A stretch of DNA of 63,844 nt, counting the filler, from Pirum gemmata (lineage: Eukaryota): assembly GCA_002812295.1 (NCBI GenBank). It is 17 parts of 17 records of this genome, joined end to end, with 100 filler letters (N's around TTAATTAATTAA, not from the genome) between each part and the next. Parts side by side here need not be neighbours in the genome. Positions count along the whole stretch, not along the records: positions 37,913 to 41,544 come from PDIN01002243.1; positions 41,645 to 45,251 come from PDIN01002244.1; positions 45,352 to 48,981 come from PDIN01002245.1; positions 49,082 to 52,708 come from PDIN01002246.1; 13 more parts are not named here. One strand, written 5' to 3'. How positions within the stretch are numbered: position 1 is the stretch's first letter; each line of letters starts with the position of its first letter. This document shows, piece by piece, positions 39,551 to 52,300 of the stretch. The position numbers and the translations under genes were made by a program. Under the pieces are notes generated by a model that worked only from the letters and a program-made list of their open reading frames with translations, had not been told where the DNA came from and made no database searches.

Positions 39551-42500
39551 TTTTTTTTTTTTTTTTGTTTGTTTGTTTGTCTTTTTTCTAATAAATCTAC
39601 TGTAGCTAGCTACTAGCTAGTTAGTAGTACTGACACTACTACTAGACTATTAGCCGTAGCTACTGCTAGCTAGTAGTAAGTAGACCCTACTACTAGCTAG
39701 TAAGTAGCCTGAGTAGTCCAGCGTAGTCCTGTCTACAGTGCAGACTCTACAATCCTTTTATTAGTTACATATCGTAAAAAAACGCTCCTCGGGATATTAT
39801 TTTAAATCAATACTACTATGATATCATATCATAGCTAGTATGATAGGAACAAATTTTAATTAAAGGTTTTAAAAACCAATATCTCTACAACAAAAGAACA
39901 ATAATACAATTGCTTATCATAGACTATATATATCTGATATTACGGTATTATTATGAGAAGTACAGCAGGCTAAAACCAACTGACAATCAAATCATTAACT
40001 TATATCAGATTCCAAAGTATTATGAAACGAACCAACAAATTACAACTTTAATTTAACTATATAACTGTAACCTACTCAGCTGCAGGTAATCTACCGTTCC
40101 TCCTAGCTCGTATACAGTATATATACTACATGCATTTATTTATAATAATTATCGATATTATATTTTAAAGTTCAAATTATACATTTATACTTCCGATATT
40201 GGAAGATTAAAAATTGAGCTAAGAGCTTAAAAAAGATTTTTTCTTGAAGTCATTGAAGAGAAGAAAATTAGCAGCGAGAAGTAATTTTATTTTTTATATT
40301 ATATTATATAAATATTATTTGAATATAGATTCTGATAAACCAGAATAAAAGTGCAGAATAAAATAGTATTTATTATGCTGTTGTTATTATTATTCTTACT
40401 ATATTATTATTGTTGTTGTTTTTGTTATTGTTATTATTATTGCTATTGCAATTATTATTGTTATTGTTATTGTTATTGTTATTATTATTATTATTATTAT
40501 TGTTATTGTTATTGTTATTGTTATTGTTATTGTTATTGTTATTGTTATATTATTGTTAGTTATTTTTTTTTTAATTTTTTTTTTTAAAAAAAAAATAGTA
40601 AGTCAGCAGCAGTAGCTGCAGTAGCTATATTATTATATCAATATATTCGATAGTAGTAGAAGTTAGCTGTTACTAAGCTAGACTAGCTAGCTAGAGTTAG
40701 TTAGGAACTTAGTAGGGTCTATTTATCTATCTATCTAGCTAGCTATCTAGCTAGCTAGAAGTCAGAGTCTATTATTTTTATTATTAGAGGCTAATTAATT
40801 TTAGAGCATGAGAAGTGCATGAGACGAATTTTTCTACTAAGTCTAATAATATCATATGATATGATACTACTTAGTGGTAGAAAACCTCCTTTAGAAACCT
40901 TTCTCGCTCACGATTATTGGAGGATGTAAAAATATTTATCTGCTGCACTTTTTTAGCGTTTTTAGAATTTTTGGAGAAATAGTCTAGAACAAGTTCCGAA
41001 CAACTGTTTTTGAACAGCGTTTATTTTACATATGAACCATAGACTATGTGACTATAGTCTATAATGTGAGTTTATTTTTTACTTTTTTTTTTTTTTTTAC
41101 CTCCAAATGTGGGTCAGGCAATTTTAGCGAAATTTCCCAAACTTATAAAAAAAGGCGCAAACGCAAGAAACTCCTGCAAAAAAAACAGTTGGTCCCCACA
41201 TAAATCAACTTCATATATGATAAGTTCGTAACGTTTCCAGCATAACCAGACTACTAGCTAGACCATTCGTAAATTGAATCGTAATGATGATTACTTATAG
41301 AAAATGAACCACTATGTTAATTTATGATATTTATTTTTTAACCTTATTAATGGTCAATTAATCCCCGGCTTTTGAGCGACAAAATTTTTGCCTTTATTCG
41401 CGTAAAATGCCTGTTCCTAGTCTCTGTTCCTCATTTGAAAAGGAAGTTTTTTTTATTTTATTTTATTTTATTTTTATTTATTTATTTATTTATTTTTTAT
41501 TTATTACATATATTTTATTATTTTTTTGTTTTTTTTTTTTTTTTNNNNNNNNNNNNNNNNNNNNNNNNNNNNNNNNNNNNNNNNNNNNTTAATTAATTAA
41601 NNNNNNNNNNNNNNNNNNNNNNNNNNNNNNNNNNNNNNNNNNNNGTCAGTAATGTATAATAAATACTAGTACTGATACTATTGCTCACTGATAATAATAA
41701 TAATCAAGGAGTTCAAGAAAAAAAAAGAACTCCTAGGAAACTATTGTTGAAGAGTTCAAGAAACTTTGAATTTCTGGAGTCTGTTACTACTACTAGCTAG
41801 CTAGCTAGCTAGCTAGCTACTAGTATGATACTAAGAGAGCTATCAGTGCCTATCACTGCTATCACCCTTAGTACTCAAGGCCTTGCCCTACTACTAGTCT
41901 ATGATACTATTACTATAGTCTACCACCAGACTTCTACCAGCCAGTAGTATCTAGCTAGTTAGTAAATTATAGTATGATAAGTATGATAATCATAAATTCA
42001 TAATCAATCAAGGATAAAAAAAATTCTTATCATCGTCTACCAGACTTCTAGCTAGACTTCTACCAGTCTTCTACCAGAGTTCTACCAGCCAGAGTCAGAC
42101 TTATCTTATTTACAGACCTAAATCGCGCCCCCAGGCTGCCGGGGGGGCCGCTGCCCCCTAAACCGTGTTCGACGTGTAGTCTAGTAGACTCTAGACAGTG
42201 TAGGTCTTATCATAGTTGACCCGGTCTTAGCGGCGGTCTATCAATACCCACAGCGGTCTACTCAGACTACCCTACCTAGCTAGCTAGACCCTAAGCCTGG
42301 TCTAGACTCTAGCTAGTAGGTTCTAGACTAGACCCCCCCGGGTCTACCAGTTCACTTGTCTAGGTTCACTTGTTCAAAAACTGAAATAAATCTAGTGAAA
42401 TAAACGTACGAGGTGGTATAAAATATCAACGTTTATGACGTATTATTTGTGATTACTGACGCAATATTAACAAATGACGTGTTTAAAAGTAGGTAAACTA

Positions 42501-42613
42501 AGGTATCACGATAACGAGAGGCCTGTAACAACTCCTGTAACGAGGTGGGTCACCAATAGGGTTACCATGGGTGTGTTGTCCAGTTCAAATCAGGAAAAAA
42601 AAAATCTACTCTG

Positions 42614-42841
42614 CATCCCAATCGTTGTTCAATCTTTTTAAAGTACACATAGTGTTTTGACTAATGTAAAAGTTTCATTAATATTAAAAATTGAGCGAGT
42701 TACAACCTGATGTTATTGTAAAAATTTAATTATAATCGAAGCTGTAACTGCTGTAACTCGCTTAATTTTTAATATTTTTTAATAAGACTTTTCATTAGTT
42801 AAAACACTATGTGTACTTTAAGATTGAACAATGATTGAATG
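42614..42841. repeat. Fold-back (long inverted repeat, ~90-bp arms)
   Basis: ttgttcaatctt..aaagtacacatagtgtttt..gcgagttaca pairs with tgtaactcgc..aaaacactatgtgtacttt.aagattgaacaa. Confidence 0.9.
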
Positions 42842-43770
42842 GTTATGGTCAATAATAACGAGGATTAAACTTCAAAAAAACGATATTGTTCATCTGGAAA
42901 TTGACTATGTAATTAATTGTAAACGTCATAAATTCGAAAAAACATTAATCTCATTTTTTTTCACGCTTATCATCCTTTGTAATAAAGAATGTTTGAAAAT
43001 TTATAAATTCGATTATATATTGTATGTCTCCCTATACGTGCACGTGTTATTTATTAATTAAAAAATGAATTTCTTTACACTGTTGAATTAATTTCTTACA
43101 AATAAAACAAAACTTTGGTAATTTTTATACATTTAGTTTTTTGTATATATATACCTTAATGTAAAAATAATAAAATAATTTTCATCACTGTTTTATTAAT
43201 TTCTAGCGCGTAAAACAAAACTTCGTAATAGTTTTGGCTTTTTCACTTTTTGTTCTTCCTTTTTTTATTATTATTGCTTTCTTAATCAACACTGCTTTGG
43301 CTTCTTTAAATATTATATAATTAGAAAAGGAAGGGGATCAGCGAGCTTTTACTCTTGTCTTTCCCTGTGGGTTCATGTGGGTGTGTTATTTTTGCTTATT
43401 TAGTAAAATGAAATTTTAAAAATTAAAACGATGATCCCAGTGTAAAAAATATTAAAGCTAGCAGGTCAAACTGAGAGTTTAATTAAAGTTTAGCTATTTC
43501 TTGCGTATGTGACACTACTAGTCACAACTGATTTTCCGTGGTGTGGTGTTTCTTTTCTAAATTACATACGCATGTAACTATAATATAGTTATTATTCAAA
43601 TAACGCCCATGGCCCAAATACAATACTAAATGAAGTGTTTAGACAGAGTTTCCATCCTACAAGTAGCCATCATTGTTATTGTTACCGCTCTTTCCTTTTT
43701 CGTCGGGGGGGGGGGGGATTTTGTATCGAAGGTATTGTTAAAGACTTTGTTAAACTTTGTTATTCCAGTA

Positions 43771-44562
43771 TCATTTTAAAGCCTTCGTGGAACCCATTAT
43801 ATAATCAAGGTAAGTAAAATATTTTCCAAAATAATGTTTACCTGTTCGATGATGTTCATTGTGCTCTAAACTCCCTCCCACAAAACCACCAGGTGCAATA
43901 TTAGAAATCATGAATGGAAAGTTGTACCCACTGTGAAGCTCAGTGAGTAAATAAACGATTAAAACATTGTAAAATACACGGGATAGCAAATGTGATTTCG
44001 ATAAATTGACAGCAAGAATAGAGCAACCAATATCAATCCACTGTTCAATAAAAGTTAAACGAAAGGTTTCTATAGCGTGGGTATGTGGGTTACAATGATG
44101 AACAGCATGGACTTTTTTATAAAGAAAGGGAATTTTATGGAATAAAACATGGAACATTGTAAAACACAGATCATATATGAAAAGCATGTAAATAGTTTCG
44201 GTAACCACTTGATAAAAAGTCGGGGGTTCGGCGGTTATCCACCCCTCACGACGCGGAAAAATATAGTCAATTATCAAAAGCGGTATTACATACTGAGGTA
44301 TAGTTGTTGAAACAAGATCCCCTGGATTTTCCCACCACCCTTTCAGATCATCATATGTTGTGTCATGCAATTTATATTTACGTACCCATTCAGGTGGAAT
44401 AAACTGATCGACAATTCTCCAAGTACTAAGACAGATGGTAAACGTGATGCTTACTACCGCTGGCTCAAAGGTGTCCCATTTAAAAAAGCTAGAATTTAAT
44501 TTTAAATTAGTTTGTTGATAAAATGTTGAATAAATCCTTTGCCATATAAAAAAGCAATTCAA
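43771..44562 (-). CDS. Sterol desaturase / fatty acid hydroxylase superfamily (cholesterol 25-hydroxylase-like); start codon uncertain
   Basis: Di-iron His boxes FHVLFHK, VHAVHH, ELHSGY, EHNEHH; hydrophobic segments. No in-frame ATG near the 5' end, so an upstream exon or non-ATG start is likely. Confidence 0.9.
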   Translation of the reverse strand: MNCFFIWQRIYSTFYQQTNLKLNSSFFKWDTFEPAVVSITFTICLSTWRIVDQFIPPEWVRKYKLHDTTYDDLKGWWENPGDLVSTTIPQYVIPLLIIDYIFPRREGWITAEPPTFYQVVTETIYMLFIYDLCFTMFHVLFHKIPFLYKKVHAVHHCNPHTHAIETFRLTFIEQWIDIGCSILAVNLSKSHLLSRVFYNVLIVYLLTELHSGYNFPFMISNIAPGGFVGGSLEHNEHHRTGKHYFGKYFTYLDYIMGSTKALK

Positions 44563-45351
44563 TATAAAAATAACATCAAAATTATAAAAATTTTTAGTTA
44601 TTAGTTATTGTAATATAGTATAGTGAAAAAACCAAAAGACTTTATATAGTATAGTGAAAAAATAAAAGGCAAACAACTTCCCATTGCTAAAACACAGTTT
44701 AAAAATTAAATTTAAAACTGAAAAACTTTAACAATAACAATATTATATAATAAAAGCTAAACGGAATAATAAAAACCGTATAATATAATATAAAAGAAAT
44801 AATGAAAAAGTACAAACAATAATAATGAAGACACCAACAACAACAACAAAATTGCACTTAAGTACCTTGAGTTTAAGCAAACTATCCACATTTGAGAAAG
44901 TGTATTGTCTAAATATTGAATATTTAACATACACAATAAAACAACAGCAATGGCGACGCATCTGCAAAACAGCACTTCTTTTTTCCATTGTTCATTGCTT
45001 TGCCAGATCGGGCCTTTACTACAGGTCTTCTTATCCCGTGGTTGTTTATTTGTGCAGTAATCAGCACTTTTCAAATCTAGAGAATAACTAGAATTTTTGG
45101 ATCTTTTGATGTTTGGCATTCTGCTGACAATGTTTCAGGTGTTGAAGTGGAAATACCAAAAGCTAATATTGAGATTATTATTATTGTTATTTTATTATTG
45201 TGATTATTAATATTATTATTATTATTACTATTATTATTATTATTTATTATTNNNNNNNNNNNNNNNNNNNNNNNNNNNNNNNNNNNNNNNNNNNNTTAAT
45301 TAATTAANNNNNNNNNNNNNNNNNNNNNNNNNNNNNNNNNNNNNNNNNNNN

Positions 45352-46520
45352 GTATATATAAATCAATAAATCAACCAAAATAAAACTAAAAACCGAGTAA
45401 ATCAACAAAAATAAAACTAAAAACCGAATAAATCAACCAAAAAAAGACAAACAGTGCTAAAACTATTTACATGTAACAATGAAAAAAGTTAGTTTTATTT
45501 TTATTCGAAGATTTTTATTTGATACATTTTTCACCCACCAACAAATAAATCAGCCAAAAAAATATAAATATATGTTAAAACTATTTACAAGTAACAATGA
45601 AAAAATGTACCAAATAAAAATCTTCGAATAAAAATAAAAATAAACCCCATCAACCAAATAAATCAACCAAAAAACAAACAAACAATTCAAATAATAGTAA
45701 GTGTTAAAACTAATTATATGTAACAATAAAAAAAACGTACCAAAATAAAAATATTCGAATAAAAATAAAAATAAAACCCGCCAATCAAATAAATCAACCA
45801 AAAAAAGACTGAAAGTTGAAGTAATAGTAAGTGTTAAATCTATTTACATGTAACAATTAAATAAAATGTACCAAAATTAAAATAATATTCGAATAAAATA
45901 AAACTAAAACACACCAACCAAATAAATTTTGGTTAAAGACAAATAATCAAAATAATAGAAGTGTTGAAATTATTTACAAGTAACAATGAAAAAATGTACC
46001 AAAAAAAAATATTCGAATAAAAATAAAAATAAAACCCCACCAACCAAATAAATAATAGAAAGTGTTAAAATTACTTAAATATAACAATGAAAAAACTTAC
46101 CAACATATTCGAATAAAAATAAAAATAAAACCAAAAAAAGACTAAAAATTAAAATAATAGTAAGTGTTAAAACTATTTACTTGTAACAATTAAAATGTAC
46201 CAAAATTAAATTGATATTTGAATGAAATAAACTAAAACACACCAATCAAATAAATTTTGGTTTAAGACAAACAATTAAAATAATAGTAAGAGTTGAAATT
46301 ATTTATATGTAACAATGAAATAATATACCAAATAAAAATCTTCGAATAAAATAAAAAATAAAACCCACCAACCAAATAAATCGACCAAAAAAAGACAGAA
46401 ATTAAAATAAATTAATAGCTATTTACATGTAACATTAAAAAAATGTATTAAAATAAAGTCTATGAATAAAATAAAAATAAAACCCACCAACCCAACCCAA
46501 CCAATCGACCAAAATAACAA
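45352..46520 (+). repeat. Degenerate minisatellite, ~9 units of ~100-130 bp
   Basis: aagtgttaaaactatttacatgtaacaatgaaaaaatgtaccaaa..ttcgaataaaaataaaa..caaccaaataaat recurs at ~45454, 45574, 45700, 45829, 45960, 46060, 46163, 46290, 46418. Confidence 0.9.
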
Positions 46521-46636
46521 ATAATTAAAAGAATAATAATTATCAACCAAACGAAAGAATGACTAACAATTAATTAAAATATTAAAAAAATTATTAAATG
46601 TGTAAAATGAATAATAAAGCTAAAAATAGTAATACC

Positions 46637-47035
46637 GAAATAAATATCCTTACAAACCGGGCAACGCAAGATCCCCTCTTCATCAGAATTGGCCTCGTCA
46701 CTATCCTCGTAACCACTTCCACTTTCATTATCACTTTTAACCTCTTTTAACAATAACGTGTCCTTCCCTCCTTTCCCACCCTTCTTCTCATTGTTTATTT
46801 TATTTCTCATGGCTATTATATCTATCAAAAAATGCCTAAATTTAGTAAATACATCGCTTAATTTGGTATTTTTAACACTTATGATAAAAAAAATAAGTAG
46901 AAAAATATTAAGAGGGAAGATTTATGTACCAATATTTTTTTTTATTTTTCCGCAAGGTATTCTAATATTTCCTGCGTTTTTTTGAATCATTAATGACGTA
47001 TTTATCCTTCCTCCTTCTTCTTTGGGTTTTTTTGT
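46637..47035 (-). CDS. Probable exons ending at the start of a RING-like zinc finger (possibly the same gene as the Myb exons)
   Basis: ..SGSGYEDSDEANSDEEGILRCPVCKDIYF followed by a GTATT donor; upstream coding-like stretch KKPKEEGGRIN..IPCGKIKKNI. Confidence 0.4.
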
Positions 47036-47718
47036 AAGCAATATAGATAATAATAAACCTAACTCACAACTCACAACCCCAAGCCAAACAAAATACCCTG
47101 TTAAAAAAGTGAACACCGTAGTCTATACATTTCATACTGAAGGAACGTTGAAACTTTAAATATTGCGTCATAGAATTTGTAGCATAATATAATAGTATTG
47201 TAACTACGACATATTATTAATTACATTGAAGAATACATTGTATAATGTACATACCTATGATACCATTAAGCTTACTTATGATAAATCTCCTACCCTCTGG
47301 TAAATCATGACATGCTTATGGTATCATAGTCTGTCCCAACTTTGACCTTAACCTTGACCTTAACTTTGACCTTAACCTTGACCTTAACCTTAACCTTAAC
47401 CTTGGTCCTAACCCTAACCCTAGTCCTAACCCTCCATAACCTTAACCTTAACCTTAACCTTAACCTTAACCTTAAGCTTACCTTAACCTTAACCTTAACC
47501 TTGCCACTAACCCTAACCCTAACCCTAACCCTAACTCTAACTCTAACCCTAACCCTAACCCTGACCCTAACCCCTAACTCTGACCCTAACCCTAACCTTA
47601 CTACTAAACTTAACCCTAGCATTGTACATATCCCTTACCTTAAACCTAACCCTAACTCTAACCTTTACTCTTAACTCCAACCTTAATCCTAACCCTAATC
47701 CCTGGAAATATAACTTAC

Positions 47719-48774
47719 TTGTATCAGGTATTTTGCCGTACTTACAGGAGAGAGACTTGGCAGAACGCCCATTAAAATCAAAAGCGTTTAAAATAGCCGT
47801 CCAATTAGGGCCATGTAATTCATACCCTTCTACTAAATTTTGAACTTCAGTATCAGTCCTAACCACCACCGTTAAAAAATATAAAAAAAAAACTTTAAAA
47901 AAAAAAGGTTTATTTACCAAAAATCAGAACCAATCACCAGAACTACAACTACAACTACAACTTGAGCCACAACCGTAACCACAACCGTAACCATAACCCT
48001 AACCATAACCACAACCGTAACCACAACCACAACCGTAACCACAACCACAACCGTAACCACAACCACAACCGTAAACACAACCACAACCGTACCGTAAACA
48101 CAACCACAACTGTAACCGTAACCACACCCCGCACCCACAACCACATCCACAACCACAATCACACCCGCTATAACCTTGTTATCATAACCACAACCATATA
48201 ATCATGTAACTATAACCACAACCATATGAACATAAACATAAACATAAACATAAACATAACCATAACCATAACCATAACCATAACCATAACCATAACCATA
48301 ACCATAACCATAACCATAACCATAACCATAACCNNNNNNNNNNNNNNNNNNNNNNNNNNNNNNNNNNNNNNNNNNNNNNNNNNNNNNNNNNNNNNNNNNN
48401 NNNNNNNNNNNNNNNNNNNNNNNNNNNNNNNNNNNNNNNNNNNNNNNNNNNNNNNNNNNNNNNNNNNNNNNNNNNNNNNNNNNNNNNNNNNNNNNNNNNN
48501 NNNNNNNNNNNNNNNNNNNNNNNNTTTTTTTTTTTTTTTTTTTTTGAACACCTAACAATTAAAACTTACCAATTTTTTGGAGGTGTGCCCGACGTTTTTT
48601 GTTCCCCATCATCGTAATTATCATCATATTCATCATCTTCATCAAAGTTATTTCCTGCCATATTATCATCACCATCACCATCACCATCTTCTTCTTCTTC
48701 TTCTTCTTCTTCTTCTTCTAACGCTGATTCGCCTCCGGTTTCCCCTCCTTCAATATTGATAACTCCATCCCGTT
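47719..48774 (-). CDS. Myb/SANT (TRF/telobox-like) domain gene, exons 48774-48570 and 47858-47719
   Basis: Splicing TG|GTAAG (48569) to TTAG|G (47859) restores the first Myb Trp: KNWTDTEVQNLVEGYELHGPNWTAILNAFDFNGRSAKSLSCKYGKI. Acidic tract upstream; GTAAG donor at 47718. Confidence 0.75.
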
Positions 48775-49342
48775 CTATATATATATAATGGTAATTAATA
48801 ATAATTAATAATCAAATGACACTCAATAATATTCAATAATAATATTAAAAATCAATAATCAATAATAATCAATAATAATTAATAATTAAAAATAATAATA
48901 ATCAATAATAATCCACAATAACCCATATTAATTCATATTAATTCATACTAACCCATATTAATCCACAATTCTCAATAATAANNNNNNNNNNNNNNNNNNN
49001 NNNNNNNNNNNNNNNNNNNNNNNNNTTAATTAATTAANNNNNNNNNNNNNNNNNNNNNNNNNNNNNNNNNNNNNNNNNNNNAATAATAATAATAATAATC
49101 TTGGTTGGTAACTATTATTATTATTAGTGTTCTATTATTATTACTATAAAATATTACTAAAATTATAAAATTACTAATATCATAAAATAATAATAATAAT
49201 AGTAATTAATTGCATTCGTGGTAGTTATTACTAGCATGTTATTAATTATTATTATTATATTCTTGGTAGTTATTACTATTAATTACTATTAATTATTAAT
49301 TATTAATTATTATAATTATTTTTATTTTTTATTTTTTTATAG

Positions 49343-52300
49343 TATAAAAAAAAAAGGGAAGACGAAAACGAACAAATTATTTATGAAAACTTTATCGAGG
49401 TTTATAAAAAAAATGGATTAATGAGGGAAATTAAGTTATATAAAAGTGATTTGATTGAAACACATGAAAATGAAATGAAATCTTTTTTAAACATCAACAC
49501 TACTGAAGATATTAACAATGATAATGAAGAATTTCTTGTGAAAATGTTGTCAAACAATATAGCTTTGAGTATCAAGAAAAAGGAAAAAAAGTTGAAAGTA
49601 CAAAAATCTGGTTCTGTATTTAGTACACCTTCTTTTTTAAAAAGTATTCAAACAATTTTTCATTATTTTGCAAAAATAAAATTTGATTTTGATCTTATCA
49701 AAACGCCAATTTTGGAAAATTTAAAAAATACTTATAATATTGCTATTGATGAAAAAGAGTTAAAACTAATCTTAAAAGATTTTGAAAAAAATGTAATTGT
49801 CAAAGCTAGTGGAGACATAAACGGTTTTTATAACTTTAGTTCTTTAATTATAAATCAAACGAAAATTTCCGAGTTGAAAAAAGAGGACTTGTTAACCTAC
49901 TCAGATAAATTAAATTCAAAACATGAAGAAAGTCTACGTTTTGAGGAAAGTCTACATTTTGAGGGAAAAAGGTTAGATATTAATGAGGTGGCAGCTTCTC
50001 ATATTGAATATGGTATCACTTGGATTTTTACGTGTATAGCTGGTGGTCGTGGAACTGATTATAAATTTGTTGACTCTTGTATGTACATTTCTTATTGTGG
50101 AAAAAAACTTACATCTATTAGAACTATAGTAAAAGACGGTGTCCAACTGGCTGGTCGAGGTAGAAAAAATAAGGATATAGATTATCCAATGCTATTTTTT
50201 GTAATCAATTCGTTTCAAATTCCTGATAGCAATGAAGCTTCTTCAGGATTAAAAAACGATGTAGACGTAGACACAATTCTATATGACATATGTAAGGATG
50301 ATGACAATTTTCCAAAAAATGTGTTAGAAAATAACGAAGCAAAACTGATGGACAAATATAAGAAACAAATTAAAAATCACAATCAAAACGTTAAAAAAGC
50401 AAATATGACTGAAGAGGAAAAAGAAGAAGCAAAAAGAAAGCAAAGAGTATATTATGAACGAAGAAAAGCAGAAAAAATAGCGAGAACAACAACAACAAGT
50501 CCAACACCAACAACAACAAGTACAATAACAGCAATAACAAGTTCAACAAAAAAAACAACAACAACAACAACAACAACAACAAGTCTAAGTCCTGATAACC
50601 AAGATGAACTAACTGAAAGTAGTTCTGAAGGCGAAACTCCCGAAGATGAAAATTATGAATACGAAAACTCCGAAAGCGAAAACTCTGAAGACGAAAACTC
50701 TGAAGACTCAAAATCCGAACAAGATGTAAGAAAAAGAAAACGAAGAAGTAAAAGAACAAAAAGAACTGAAGTCGAAGACGTAAATTTAAAAAGAAAACAA
50801 AAAAGTAAAAGAACAAAAAGAACTGAAGATGAGGACGTAAATTTAAAAAGAAAAAGAACAAAATTAACAAAAACAACAAAAAGAACAGAAGACAAAAACC
50901 CTGAAAACTCAGAAAACTCAGACGAAAACTCCGAAAGCGAAAACTCCGAAAGCGAAAACTCTGAATACGAAAACTCTGAAGTCTCAAAATCCGAACAAGA
51001 TGTAAGAAAAAGAAAACGAAGAAGTAAAAGAACAAAAAGAACTGAAGACGAAGATGTAAATTTAAAAAGAAAAAGAACAAAAAGAACAGAAGACAAAAAC
51101 TCTGAAAACTCTGAAAACTCGGACGAAAACTCCGAAGACGAAAACTCTGAAGAAGAAAACTCTAAAGACGAAAACTCTAAAGACGAAAGCTATGAAGACG
51201 AAAACTATGAAGATGATACAGCAGAGGACTCCGAAGTCAAAAGCTCTGGAAACGAAAACCCCGAAGATGAAAACTATGAATACGAAAACTCCGAAAGCGA
51301 AAACTTTGAATACGAAAACTCTGAAGACTCAAAATCCGAACAAGATGTAAGAAAAAGAAAAAAAAGAAGTAAAAGAGCAAAAAGAACTGAAGACGAAGAC
51401 GTAAATTTAAAAAAAAAAAGAAGAAAACTAACAAAAAGAACAGAAGACAAAAACTCTGAAAACGCAGAAAACTCAGACGAAAACTCCGAAGACGAAAACT
51501 CCGAAAGCGAAAACCCTGAATACGAAAACTCTGAAGACTCAAAATCCGAACAAGATGTAAGAAAAAGAAAAGGAAGAAGTAAAAGAACAAAAAGAACTGA
51601 AGACGAAGACGAAAATTTAAAAAGAAAAAGAACAAAAAGAACAGAAGACAAAAACTCTGAAAACTCAGACGAAAATTCCGAAGACGAAAACTCTAAAGAA
51701 GAAAACTCTGAAGACGAAATCTCTAAAGACGAAAACTATGAAGATGATATTGATCATATTAACGAAAAAAACAAATTTTTAACAAATGAAATAATGAAAA
51801 AACAGGAAGAGTTAATTCAAACCCAACTTAAGACAAACACAACAATTCATTTTAAAACTTTACAAAAGGAGTTAGATAAAATTAAAACAGGTCAGATCTT
51901 AAATAATTACAGTTTAAAAAATCCTATGGCAAAAAATGTCAGAAACTATTTGGCTAACCCCAGTCAAAGCAATATATTAAAAGCTCATCACGCTCATAAG
52001 GCAGTTACAGCAAGTAAAAAGGAGAAAAAGAAGAAAATGTACACTCCAGAACAAAAACAAGGGAAACTCAAGAAACTCAACGAAAGTTATATAGAAGCTT
52101 TTGGAGAAACTTATTCAAAAGAAACACAGGAAAACTTACACTTGGTTTCCAGTCATTTAGTTGCGAAGGAAAGTAATGTAAATTATAATCAAAATGGCTT
52201 AGAGTTAGAGAACTTTATAAAAAGTAAAACTGCAAAGGCTACTTTCATTGGAGACAATTGTTTATTAATTATTATTTTACGACAAAAATTCTTTACGATA

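Noticed and set aside
44743..45119. Cys-rich short ORFs as a piggyBac-like C-terminal domain or upstream exon of the desaturase
   Set aside because: Needs several assumed frameshifts; no convincing motif or splice path.
45352..46520. Regularly spaced repeats as a CRISPR-like array
   Set aside because: The whole unit is repeated and degenerate, with no unique spacers and no cas genes; it is a minisatellite.
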